A stretch of DNA of 35,080 nucleotides from Chitinophagales bacterium (GCA_045105835.1 JBGCDY010000154.1:1-35080), one strand, 5' to 3'. Shown: positions 1 through 8,006, counted from the stretch's first letter. Numbers and translations are program-made. The notes: generated from the letters alone by a model not told the origin.

Positions 1-764
1 GTAATGGCTTTTCGCCCTCTTTCCCCCAAATCTACGCTGTATTTATTGACATATAGTTCAATGTGTTGCATCATCACATCAGGATTCATTTCCTGCGCAT
101 ATTGACCGACATAAGAAAGTGTATCACTTGGATTATTCAAGGCTCTTTCGACACTTTGTTTCACCAAGCTATTGATTTTTTTCTTAACATCAGTAGGCAA
201 TCCTCGCCTAATCACAATTCCCCCCAAAGGTATGGGCAGTTTCGTTTGAATTTCCCAATACTCACCCAAATCTATTATTTTCTTCAAACCTTTCTCCTGA
301 TAGGTAAATCGGTTTTCGTGAATAATCAAACCTGCATCTGCCCTACCCTTCAATACTGCCTCCTCAATCTCGGAGAACAACATTTCCTCTTTGTTTTGTG
401 CATTCGGAAAAGCTAAACTTAGCAAAAAATTGGCGGTAGTAAACTTACCAGGAATGGCGATTTTTAGATTACTCACTTTTTCTAAATCTATCTCATCTTT
501 TGCAATCAACAAAGGACCACAATTGTTTCCCAAAGCACTACCTGCATGCAGGAGTTCATACTTATCCAAAACATAGCCCAAAGCATGGTAACTCAATTTG
601 GTAATATCAAGACTTCCTTCAAAAGCCATTTTGTTTAATTCTGCTACATCTGCAATATGGAAATTGAAGTCAATCCCGTCCATATCTATTTTTTGATTCA
701 CCAATGCATCAAAAATAAAGGTATCATTCGGACAGGGAGAAAAACCTAAGGATAGGGTATTCAT
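1..764 (-). CDS. mqnD: 1,4-dihydroxy-6-naphthoate synthase (MqnD, futalosine menaquinone pathway); 3' end cut by window edge
   Basis: Absent from the ORF track because it runs off the window. A reverse-strand ATG at 762-764 opens a stop-free frame to position 1: MNTLSLGFSPCPNDTFIFDALVNQKIDMDG...IIHENRFTYQEKGL...YAQEMNPDVMMQHIELYVN. The LGFSPCPNDTFIF N-terminus is typical of MqnD (VitK2_biosynth family). It lies directly downstream of mqnB. Confidence 0.8.
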   Translation of the reverse strand, partial: MNTLSLGFSPCPNDTFIFDALVNQKIDMDGIDFNFHIADVAELNKMAFEGSLDITKLSYHALGYVLDKYELLHAGSALGNNCGPLLIAKDEIDLEKVSNLKIAIPGKFTTANFLLSLAFPNAQNKEEMLFSEIEEAVLKGRADAGLIIHENRFTYQEKGLKKIIDLGEYWEIQTKLPIPLGGIVIRRGLPTDVKKKINSLVKQSVERALNNPSDTLSYVGQYAQEMNPDVMMQHIELYVNKYSVDLGERGRKAI

Positions 765-821
765 ATTTTTTACTATTTTGTATGATTATGTATTGGTGAA
801 CATTCTTGATTTAAGATAGTT

Positions 822-1535
822 CTATGCCCCATTCTCTGAGGATTCAAGCATTTCAATTAATAGTTGATTCAGATTTTTGACCGCCAGCGGAATATTCCAA
901 TTTGCCTTATTCCGCACTTCCACATAGTTAGAAATCGCTCGCAATTCTACAAAATCTTGTTTCGACATCAGACAAGTATAAAAAAACGCTCCTCCTTCCA
1001 TACTCTCAATATCGGGATTAAATATTTTTTTTGCTTCGTCAATGGAACTTTTTTTACCCAATACTCTGTTAACCGTTATTGAAGAAACACCAGTCATTTT
1101 TTTCAATATTGGAAATAACACAATACTTTTCCTGATTGCTTTTTCTTCTCCACTAAACAACTTTCCATCTTGATAAGGAAACTGGTTTTCATCAAAAAAA
1201 ACCATCTCTGCAATAGGAATAAAGGAATCTTTGTCTTCAGCTCCCAAGTCTCCAAAAACTTGAGAACGTACACGAACAATTTCTCCTATATTCAGTTTTT
1301 TATTAAAGCTACCTGCAATCCCTACATTGATTGCCAAATCGTAGTTTTTTTGAAATAATACACGGCTAAGGTGAAAAGTAGTATGAACCATTCCTGCACC
1401 TGTTATCAATACTTCAATATCAAAATGACGGTATTGAAATTGAGAGTGACCTTGTGTCGGCTCCTCCGCTAAGCCTAAGTATTGCAGCAAGGGAGCAATT
1501 TCGCCATAAGTAGCAGCAACCAATAATATTTTCAT
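822..1535 (-). CDS. mqnB: futalosine hydrolase (MqnB; PNP/UDP-phosphorylase fold)
   Basis: 237-aa ORF with MKILLVAATYGEI, ITGAGMVHTT, ESMEGGAFFY and LRAISNYVEVRNKANW blocks, as in futalosine nucleosidases. It is adjacent to mqnD. Confidence 0.8.
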   Translation of the reverse strand: MKILLVAATYGEIAPLLQYLGLAEEPTQGHSQFQYRHFDIEVLITGAGMVHTTFHLSRVLFQKNYDLAINVGIAGSFNKKLNIGEIVRVRSQVFGDLGAEDKDSFIPIAEMVFFDENQFPYQDGKLFSGEEKAIRKSIVLFPILKKMTGVSSITVNRVLGKKSSIDEAKKIFNPDIESMEGGAFFYTCLMSKQDFVELRAISNYVEVRNKANWNIPLAVKNLNQLLIEMLESSENGA

Positions 1536-1649
1536 TCTTTAATACATTTTACAAACTCCTAATTTAGAACCTCCACCTATTTTAATGCTTTTTAAAATAG
1601 TGTGTGTGATTATTACGCAACATAGCAATTATTTCGGACTGAATATTAC

Positions 1650-1657
1650 TATCTTTG
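1650..1657 (+). promoter_or_regulatory. candidate Bacteroidota -7 promoter box (TATCTTTG = TAnnTTTG)
   Basis: Exact match to TAnnTTTG 18 nt upstream of the ATG at 1675. No convincing TTTG -33 element at the expected spacing. Confidence 0.35.
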
Positions 1658-1674
1658 CACAAAGAATCAATAGT

Positions 1675-2091
1675 ATGGTTTATTTGACGAGAAGGGAACG
1701 GTTCAATTCCGCACATAAACTGTATAATCCCAATTGGGATCAAACAAAAAATGAGGAAGTTTTTGGCAAATGTTCCAATGAAAATTGGCACGGTCATAAC
1801 TATCATTTATATGTTACAGTAAAAGGAAGACCGGACCCTCAGACAGGCTTTATTATCAACGTGAAGACACTAAGTGTCATTATACGTGAACGAGTTATCG
1901 AAAAAGTGGATCACCGAAACCTCAACTTAGATGTAGATTTCTTGCAAGGTGTGATTCCCTCTACCGAAAACTTCGCCAAAGCAATATGGCACGAATTGGC
2001 TTTTCTTATTGAAGAGCATGGCTGTCAATTGCATTGTGTAAAACTGACTGAAACGGAAAACATCTATGTAGAATATTTTGGAGAACAATAA
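1675..2091 (+). CDS. 6-pyruvoyl-tetrahydropterin synthase family protein (PTPS/QueD fold)
   Basis: The ORF-track frame 1585-2091 includes an implausible hydrophobic leader. The internal ATG at 1675 gives MVYLTRRERFNSAHKLYNP..., the usual family N-terminus. It carries the GKCSNENWHGHNY (C-x5-HGH) catalytic and zinc motif, and a -7 box sits just upstream of 1675. Confidence 0.85.
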   Translation: MVYLTRRERFNSAHKLYNPNWDQTKNEEVFGKCSNENWHGHNYHLYVTVKGRPDPQTGFIINVKTLSVIIRERVIEKVDHRNLNLDVDFLQGVIPSTENFAKAIWHELAFLIEEHGCQLHCVKLTETENIYVEYFGEQ

Positions 2092-2129
2092 GATTACAAT
2101 TCTGGAAAACCTTAAATTATCACATTACA

Positions 2130-3002
2130 ATGAAGGCGTTTATCTTTTCAGGGCAAGGCTCGCAGGTCGTAGGTATGGGCAAAACTCTTTGCGATTTGTC
2201 TGGTACTTCTATGGAATATTTAGAAATAGCCGATGACATACTCGGTTATAAGCTGAGTGACCTTATGTTTGAAGGAACAAAGGCAGAGCTGAAACAAACA
2301 AGAATTACTCAACCCGCTGTATTCGTTTACTCGGTCATCAAAGCTCGTATTACTCGTGACTTCAAACCCGATATGGTAGCAGGTCATTCTCTTGGAGAAT
2401 TTTCTGCTCTTTCGGCTATTAGAGCCATCAAATACGCAGATGCACTTCGATTGGTCGCCAAACGTGCTGAATTGATGCAGGCTGCATGTGATGCAACTCC
2501 TTCTACAATGGCAGCTGTATTGGGTTTAGACGATGCTATCGTTGAGAGCATTTGTGCAAGTATCGAAGAAATAGTGGTTCCAGCTAACTACAACTACCCT
2601 GGTCAGTTAGTTATTTCTGGTACATTGAAGGGCATCGAAATCGCTGCTGAAAAGCTCAAAGAGGCGGGTGCACGTAATGTTCTCAAATTGAAAGTAGGTG
2701 GGGCATTCCATTCTCCTGTGATGGAATCTGCAAAAATGGAACTCGCGAGAGCCATTGAAGAAACTCCTTTTAAAGAACCTCCTTGTCCTATTTACCAAAA
2801 TGTAACAGGTAAACCAACACAAGATCCTGAAGAAATCAAACAGAACTTGATTGCTCATTTGACTTCTCCTGTAAGGTGGACACAAACCATCGAAAATATG
2901 GTGGAAGACGAGGCTCGTACTTTTATTGAAGTAGGTCCAAGACCTGTTTTGAAAAACATGGTAAAAAAGATTAACGATCGTATTTCGGCAGAAGTCCTGT
3001 AA
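2130..3002 (+). CDS. fabD: malonyl-CoA:ACP transacylase
   Basis: 290 aa with FSGQGSQ, active-site GHSLGEFSAL, GAFHSP and TSPVRW motifs. Confidence 0.95.
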   Translation: MKAFIFSGQGSQVVGMGKTLCDLSGTSMEYLEIADDILGYKLSDLMFEGTKAELKQTRITQPAVFVYSVIKARITRDFKPDMVAGHSLGEFSALSAIRAIKYADALRLVAKRAELMQAACDATPSTMAAVLGLDDAIVESICASIEEIVVPANYNYPGQLVISGTLKGIEIAAEKLKEAGARNVLKLKVGGAFHSPVMESAKMELARAIEETPFKEPPCPIYQNVTGKPTQDPEEIKQNLIAHLTSPVRWTQTIENMVEDEARTFIEVGPRPVLKNMVKKINDRISAEVL

Positions 3003-3044
3003 TATTGCAGACAAGTGATTTTTGAGGTAATCCTCTAACACAAC

Positions 3045-3084
3045 AAAAAACGCCAATCATTATTTCTAATGATTGGCGTTTTTC
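3045..3084. terminator. bidirectional rho-independent terminator between convergent fabD and the IYD-like gene
   Basis: Perfect 12-bp stem cgccaatcatta (3051-3062) / taatgattggcg (3067-3078) with a 4-nt loop. It is flanked by A6 (3045-3050) and T5 (3079-3083). Confidence 0.75.
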
Positions 3085-3115
3085 TTTGTCCAAATACTTC
3101 AAACATTCTTCTTTT

Positions 3116-3784
3116 TTATTCAAAAAACACACTCACCTCCTCCAGTTCCTTGCGCTGCAAATCAGGCACGACTGTTTCCTCCGCAGGATATCCCACAGGA
3201 ATCAACAAAAAAGGTTTCTCGTTTTTGGGTCGCTTCAATATGTTCGCCAAAAAATTCATCGGACTCGGTGTATGTGTCAATGCCACAAGCCCAGCTTGAT
3301 GTATTGCAGTGAGCAAAAAACCTGTAGCAATCCCCACAGATTCCGACACATAGTAATTGGTTTTTCGGCTTCCATCCTCGCCAAAATCATATATTTTCCT
3401 AAAAACCACAATCACCCAGGGAGCTATGTCAATAAAAGGTTTGTTCCAATCTGTATCAAATGCCTGCAAATCTTCCAACCATTCTTCCGACATACGCCCA
3501 TGATAATTGGTATGTTCCTCTTCTTCCGCAGCTTTTCTGATAACGCTTTTGAGTTCAGGATTACTGATTACACAAAACGTCCAGGGCTGTTTGTGCGCAC
3601 CCGAAGGAGCAGAAGACGCACTCATAATGATGTTTTCCATCACTTCCTTAGGCACTGATTTGTCCGAAAAAGTTCTGACCGTCCGACGATTGTCAAGCCA
3701 ATTTCTAAACTCTTGACTTCTTTGAGTCATTTCTTCCGCTTCGTAAGTATCACGTTTGTAGGGTATAAATTCGTTGGTGTTCAT
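3116..3784 (-). CDS. iodotyrosine deiodinase-like (halotyrosine dehalogenase) FMN nitroreductase-superfamily protein
   Basis: The 222-aa ORF aligns end to end with remembered animal IYD catalytic domains: RSQEF..L..RR(T/S)VR, APSGAH.(Q/E)PWTF, EEEE..NY, (D/N)W.K, YY..ES(V/I), AGLV..T.TP, LL.PVGYP....VPDL.RK. The IYD-specific Glu/Tyr/Lys lid triad appears conserved (EEEEHTNY, DWNKPF). Confidence 0.85.
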   Translation of the reverse strand: MNTNEFIPYKRDTYEAEEMTQRSQEFRNWLDNRRTVRTFSDKSVPKEVMENIIMSASSAPSGAHKQPWTFCVISNPELKSVIRKAAEEEEHTNYHGRMSEEWLEDLQAFDTDWNKPFIDIAPWVIVVFRKIYDFGEDGSRKTNYYVSESVGIATGFLLTAIHQAGLVALTHTPSPMNFLANILKRPKNEKPFLLIPVGYPAEETVVPDLQRKELEEVSVFFE

Positions 3785-3795
3785 TTTGTTTGTTT

Positions 3796-5904
3796 TTAAT
3801 CCATCAAATCCACTGCTTTGCTCACCTCTTCAACAGGAAATTTGCACACCTTGTTTTGGCAGACATAAATACGGGTTTGCCCTTCCACCAATTTACTTTT
3901 GAGCAATTCCAAAGTACCTTCTTCCTTTCCTCCCAATAGAAAAGCATGGGGTAAGAAATGTTCGTCCATCTCTACCCGTTTCGCTGCAAAATTATCTCCC
4001 ACAATCGCTACTTCATAAGGTGTTTTTACAAAATGCGTCATCAAAGTCCCCCAATTGGAATAAAAAGGAGCCTGCATTTTTACATCCTCTTTCACGTTGG
4101 TCAACATCTGTTCTGACATTTTTAAGTAATCCTCCTGATTGAAGTAAGTACCCAAATAGAACAAAGCTTTTGCCATGGAAGAATTGGAACTTGGAATCAC
4201 ATTGTCAGTGATTTCCATTTTTCGAGCAATCAAAGCTGCATCCTGATCTGATGTGTAAAAGAACATTTTGGAATTGTCATCGTGAAAATGAGCAATGGCA
4301 TATTCTGCCAAGTCTTTGGATTTGTAGAGCCATTGTTCGTCAAAAGTGGCTTGGTATAAACCGACGAAAGCTTCAATGAGCAAAGAATAATCATCCAAAA
4401 AAGCATTGATGGAAGATTTGCCGTCCTTGTAATTTCGATTCAACCTATTGTCACTTTGCAGCGCATTTTTGACCAGAAAATTGGCGTTCTTCAAAGCAAT
4501 GTCTAAAAACTCCTGCTCTCCAAATACTCGGTAAGCATCCACATAGCCCTTCAACATCAGCGCATTCCATCCCGTCAAAACCTTATCATCCAAAGGAGGG
4601 CGCACTCTTTTGTCACGAGCCGCCATCAATTTCACTTTTGAATCTGCCAACACTTGATTCAGTTGCTGCAATGGGATAGCTAATTTTGAAGTAACCGTCT
4701 TTTTATCTTTCAATACCCGCAATACATTTTTGTGTTCCTCCCAATTTCCCTTTGGAGTCACATTGTAGTAAGCTCCAAAAATCGTCGCATCTTGCTTACC
4801 CAAAATCGAGTCAATCTCCGCTTTTGTCCACACATAAAATTTTCCTTCCTCCCCTTCGCTATCCGCATCCAAAGAAGAATAAAAACCACCTTCGGGAGAG
4901 GTCAATTCTCGTTTCACAAACTCCAATGTTTCGTAAACTTTCTGTTTGTAAAGTGGATTCGCTTCATATTGATAGGCTTCGGAGTACAAACTCACCAACT
5001 GCCCATTGTCATACAGCATTTTTTCAAAGTGTGGAACATGCCAGTCAGGGTCAGTAGAATAACGAGCAAAACCGCCTCCCAAATGATCGTAAATCCCACC
5101 ATTTGCCATAGATTCGAGCGTGACATTCACCGCCTTCAAAGCATCTTCATTTCCAAAAAGGCTGTGATAACGAAGCAGGTACGCCCAATTAGAAGGCATC
5201 GGAAATTTATTCGACTTAGTAGTTTTTCCTCCCTTTTTATAATCCAATAGGGATTTCCAAGTTTTGAAAATTTCGTCCAAATCCTCTTCCACAAAAGTTG
5301 CCGCTTCGGGTTGAAAAGGTACCATTTCGATTTGTTGGATTCCTTCGGTGATTTTTTCAGCTTGAGTCTCCAGTTCCGCCAAATCGTTCTCGTACTTATC
5401 TGCAAAATAATCGAGGATTTTCGTCCAATTGTCTTTCGGAAAGTAGGTTCCTGCAAAAATAGGGCGGCCATCAGGTAAAGCTATCGCATTCAGGGGCCAG
5501 CCTCCACTTCCATTGATCATATAAGCAGCATTCATGTAGATTTGATCCACATCAGGACGCTCTTCTCGATCTACTTTGATGCACACAAAGTTTTCATTCA
5601 TCTTCCGAGCCACTAAAGTATCCTCAAATGACTCATGCTCCATTACATGACACCAATGACAGGCAGCATATCCCACACTGATAATCAGCATTTTGTTTTC
5701 TGCTTTTGCCTTCGCCAAAGCTTCCTCTCCCCATGGAAACCAGTCCACGGGATTGTGGGCATGTTGCAGCAAATAGGGGCTGCTTTCATTGATAAGGTGA
5801 TTGGTGTATTGGTGATCGGTATGACTGTGTTCTCCTTGCTTTTGTGCTTTGCACGAAAAAAGCAATAAGGAAGCCACAAAAAAAGTAAATATTTTTTGGT
5901 ACAT
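3796..5904 (-). CDS. thioredoxin-domain protein, DUF255/YyaL (SPATA20-like) family, probable lipoprotein
   Basis: 702 aa. The N-terminal signal with LLFSC looks like a lipobox. It has [21 protein letters not shown] and [18 protein letters not shown] (thioredoxin-like CxxC) followed by an alpha/alpha-toroid-like region ([17 protein letters not shown]). Confidence 0.85.
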   Translation of the reverse strand: MYQKIFTFFVASLLLFSCKAQKQGEHSHTDHQYTNHLINESSPYLLQHAHNPVDWFPWGEEALAKAKAENKMLIISVGYAACHWCHVMEHESFEDTLVARKMNENFVCIKVDREERPDVDQIYMNAAYMINGSGGWPLNAIALPDGRPIFAGTYFPKDNWTKILDYFADKYENDLAELETQAEKITEGIQQIEMVPFQPEAATFVEEDLDEIFKTWKSLLDYKKGGKTTKSNKFPMPSNWAYLLRYHSLFGNEDALKAVNVTLESMANGGIYDHLGGGFARYSTDPDWHVPHFEKMLYDNGQLVSLYSEAYQYEANPLYKQKVYETLEFVKRELTSPEGGFYSSLDADSEGEEGKFYVWTKAEIDSILGKQDATIFGAYYNVTPKGNWEEHKNVLRVLKDKKTVTSKLAIPLQQLNQVLADSKVKLMAARDKRVRPPLDDKVLTGWNALMLKGYVDAYRVFGEQEFLDIALKNANFLVKNALQSDNRLNRNYKDGKSSINAFLDDYSLLIEAFVGLYQATFDEQWLYKSKDLAEYAIAHFHDDNSKMFFYTSDQDAALIARKMEITDNVIPSSNSSMAKALFYLGTYFNQEDYLKMSEQMLTNVKEDVKMQAPFYSNWGTLMTHFVKTPYEVAIVGDNFAAKRVEMDEHFLPHAFLLGGKEEGTLELLKSKLVEGQTRIYVCQNKVCKFPVEEVSKAVDLMD

Positions 5905-5994
5905 TAGTTTAACTTTTGTTAAGGAACGCTAAGTTAAAATTTTCTGTTGTAGCTATTGACAAACATCTTTTTTATCTAATAAAAAATCAACAAA

Positions 5995-6249
5995 ATGAAT
6001 AGTATTGTATTTCTTATCGTAGGTGCTGTCGCTGGATGGCTTGCAAATCTTTGGATGAAAGGTGCAAGCATGGGCTTGGGCTGGAACTTACTTTTGGGTA
6101 TTGGTGGTGCCTTTGTTGGCAGCTTCGTATTGGGTATTGTAGGCTTCAATGCCTCTCACCTTATAGGCGAAATTGTCACGGCTACCTTTGGTGCAGTATT
6201 GCTGTTGTATGCGATACCTAAAATCAAGGCAGCAAATAAAAATAAATAG
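5995..6249 (+). CDS. GlsB/YeaQ/YmgE (transglycosylase-associated) family small membrane protein
   Basis: 84 aa with three Gly-rich transmembrane segments: IVGAVAGWLAN...LLGIGGAFVGSFVLG... Confidence 0.8.
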   Translation: MNSIVFLIVGAVAGWLANLWMKGASMGLGWNLLLGIGGAFVGSFVLGIVGFNASHLIGEIVTATFGAVLLLYAIPKIKAANKNK

Positions 6250-6288
6250 CCTTTCGGTTTCTATTAATTATCAAGCTTCCGCATTGAT

Positions 6289-6390
6289 TTACTCTTGCTT
6301 GTTTCCAAGCGTTTCACTGATTGCAGTCTCGGTACTCCGAAGTTTCTGCTGACAAAACTGTATCAATTCGGAAGCTCTTTTTACTTTTTC
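6289..6390 (-). pseudogene. orphan duplicate of the 3' end of xseB (34 codons including stop)
   Basis: In the xseB frame it reads EKVKRASELIQFCQQKLRSTETAISETLGNKQE*. Positions 6301-6390 are identical to xseB 7136-7225. No start codon or 5' part is present, and its upstream end is overlapped by the DUF429 stop codon. Confidence 0.65.
6301..6390. repeat. 90-bp perfect direct repeat, copy 1 (partner 7136-7225)
   Basis: Base-by-base comparison: gtttccaagcgtttcactgattgcagtctcggtactccgaagtttctgctgacaaaactgtatcaattcggaagctctttttactttttc is identical in both copies. Similarity decays within about 18 nt on the low-coordinate side and stops abruptly on the high-coordinate side. Confidence 0.97.
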
Positions 6391-7100
6391 ATTTTGAAAT
6401 AGCCAATTCTCATTTTGATTCCCATTTCATCTTCAATTAATGAGTCTTCAATAAAACTCATTTTTTTTTCTCCACTTAGTCTATTAACAACACACAAACA
6501 GATTGAGTCCACAATATCATCTCTTTTGACAAATTTTCTTTTGGTATTATTTACTACTTCCTCATACAAATTGATTGCATTTGGATAATAACCTTGCAGG
6601 ATTTTTAATCTTTCTTCAATTCCAAGTTGAGATGATTTCTTACTCAAAAGAATCTCTCCATTTAGATACTTAAAACAGATTTCAGGATGACTTTCAATAA
6701 ATTTATTTTTTAAAGAAGAATTATTTTTTAGAAAACCATCTATTTCGGCGATTTTCTTTGAAATGAAGAAGGTTTGTATAGATATTTTCTTCCCTTCAAT
6801 CCTTTCGTTTATCTGCTTCGCTTCATCGTAGTCTTTTGCTCTTAGTGCTTCTCTACACAGCGCATTGAAAACTGTTGAATGCCTCACACCAAGCTCTTTT
6901 TTCATCGCAGACTCAACGGTTCTTTTCATTTTTTTGGAACTTAAACCCATGGGCATATCAATCAAAATTCGGTCTAAATCCCGATGCTCTGCCATCAAAT
7001 TATCTATGGATTTGAACAATCCTCCAAACTGAATCTCTTCCCCATTGGATTTCATCAAAATCCACCCATATTTACATCCGTCAATTCCTCCGTATATCAT
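6381..7100 (-). CDS. DUF429-family protein (predicted RNase H-fold nuclease)
   Basis: 239 aa with MIYGGIDGCKYGW, ILIDMPMGL, ESHPEICFKYLNG...SKKSSQLGIEERLKIL and DDIVDSICLCVV, matching the remembered DUF429 block pattern. The gene is visibly AT-richer than its neighbours. Confidence 0.8.
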   Translation of the reverse strand: MIYGGIDGCKYGWILMKSNGEEIQFGGLFKSIDNLMAEHRDLDRILIDMPMGLSSKKMKRTVESAMKKELGVRHSTVFNALCREALRAKDYDEAKQINERIEGKKISIQTFFISKKIAEIDGFLKNNSSLKNKFIESHPEICFKYLNGEILLSKKSSQLGIEERLKILQGYYPNAINLYEEVVNNTKRKFVKRDDIVDSICLCVVNRLSGEKKMSFIEDSLIEDEMGIKMRIGYFKMKK

Positions 7101-7120
7101 CTTATTTTTTACTTAACGCT

Positions 7121-7339
7121 CTATACTTCTTGACTGTTTCCAAGCGTTTCACTGATTGCAGTCTCGGTACTCCGAAGTTTCTGCTGACAAAACTGTATCA
7201 ATTCGGAAGCTCTTTTTACTTTTTCGGATAGTTCATCTACACCGATACTTTCGTTTTCGAGATCGACTACGATTTGTTGAAGTTCGGTAAGGGATTTATT
7301 GTAGGTGGTCATATTGATTTTATTTAGTGTAGGGTTCAC
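7121..7339 (-). CDS. xseB: exodeoxyribonuclease VII small subunit
   Basis: 72 aa. The pattern LTELQQIVVDLENESIGVDELSEKVKRASELIQFCQQKL fits XseB. An alternative ATG at 7310-7312 (63 aa) would remove the 20-nt overlap with the upstream ORF. No xseA lies in the window. Confidence 0.8.
   Translation of the reverse strand: MNPTLNKINMTTYNKSLTELQQIVVDLENESIGVDELSEKVKRASELIQFCQQKLRSTETAISETLGNSQEV
7136..7225. repeat. 90-bp perfect direct repeat, copy 2 (inside the xseB coding sequence)
   Basis: Identical to 6301-6390. It encodes residues EKVKRASELIQFCQQKLRSTETAISETLGN of XseB. Confidence 0.97.
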
Positions 7340-7577
7340 AAATTACCCAAGCTTTTTCTATTGAAGTTTTACAGTTTTTCAAATTACCAGAACAGTCTTC
7401 GAGTTGTTTTGCCAATTTAATCCTCCCCCTGCCTTTATCTTTCTCTCCATCTCTTTCAATTTTTGCAGCAAGCAAGTCTAAAAATCCTGCTAAAGCATTG
7501 TATTTCAAATTGCCAATTTCTTCAACTAAGGCTTCCATTGAACCATTGTAACCTTCAACCTGTGATTTGTGTACCAT
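7320..7577 (-). CDS. hypothetical helical protein (85 aa)
   Basis: ATG-initiated ORF tightly spaced between the thioesterase and xseB. It has a helical heptad-like composition (EALVEEIGNLKYNALAGFLDLLAAKIERDG...IEKAWVICEP). No family was recognised with confidence. Confidence 0.5.
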   Translation of the reverse strand: MVHKSQVEGYNGSMEALVEEIGNLKYNALAGFLDLLAAKIERDGEKDKGRGRIKLAKQLEDCSGNLKNCKTSIEKAWVICEPYTK

Positions 7578-7589
7578 ATTTGTATCAAG

Positions 7590-8006
7590 TCAATATAAAA
7601 TCAGTTGTGTACAAGAAAAGACGGCAATCTTCTTTTTGGTTTCTTTCCGCCTCACTTCTACCCTCCAAACGTGTGTCGTCCTTCCCAAATGCTCTACAAA
7701 ACTTTCTCCCTCCAAAACACCCTCCCTTGCAGCTCCTAAAAGATTGCTTTTGAGTTCGATCGTCGTAAAGGATTTTGCTTTTTCGGGCAAATGCAAAACC
7801 GTTGAATAACCTGCAATGGTATCTGCAAAAGTGATGATGCTCCCTGCATGTAAAAAACCATTTGGTGCAAAAAGTTCTTTTTTGACTGGCATTTCTGCAA
7901 GCATTTTGCCTTCTTCAATTTGGGTGATGGTGATTCCTAAAGAAGCGGGAAAAGTTCCTTTACTCATTTGGTTGAAGTGAGTGGGGTTTAGTTTTTTGTG
8001 GAACAT
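7590..8006 (-). CDS. PaaI/YdiI-type hotdog-fold thioesterase
   Basis: 138 aa with NGFLHAGSIITFADTIAGY and GRTTHVWRVEV blocks typical of PaaI-family acyl-CoA thioesterases. It ends in TGA. Confidence 0.85.
   Translation of the reverse strand: MFHKKLNPTHFNQMSKGTFPASLGITITQIEEGKMLAEMPVKKELFAPNGFLHAGSIITFADTIAGYSTVLHLPEKAKSFTTIELKSNLLGAAREGVLEGESFVEHLGRTTHVWRVEVRRKETKKKIAVFSCTQLILY

Larger units (their letters stand above)
6301..7135 (-). mobile_element. candidate minimal integrative cassette (one repeat unit plus the DUF429 gene; 835-bp period)
   Basis: A single AT-rich gene is bracketed by a 90-bp identity block that duplicates the 3' end of the upstream host gene (attL/attR-like geometry). 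No recognisable integrase or transposase is present, so mobility is inferred, not shown. Confidence 0.35.

Noticed and set aside
63-576. Plus-strand ORFs 63-416 and 391-576
   Set aside because: They are antisense to the well-supported mqnD frame and their translations have no recognisable features.
1585-1674. The upstream extension of the PTPS ORF (start at 1585), and the overlapping minus ORF 1582-1806
   Set aside because: The extension encodes an implausible hydrophobic leader (MLFKIVCVIITQHSNYF...). It would place the candidate -7 promoter box inside the gene, and the family N-terminus begins at the 1675 ATG.
3069-3716. Plus-strand ORFs overlapping the IYD-like gene (3069-3299, 3073-3312, 3086-3658, 3507-3716)
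   Set aside because: They are antisense to a full-length conserved flavoprotein. They start inside or at the bidirectional terminator and have low-complexity translations.
4732-5879. ORFs 4732-5250, 4752-5057, 5136-5471, 5635-5868 and 5685-5879 inside the DUF255 gene
   Set aside because: They are alternative-frame or antisense ORFs within a 702-aa conserved coding region and show no motifs.
5908-5938. 8-bp AT-rich inverted repeat tttaactt/aagttaaa in the divergent DUF255/glsB-like promoter region
   Set aside because: It could be an operator, but an all-A/T 8-mer with a 15-nt loop in an AT-rich intergenic region is not distinguishable from chance by eye.
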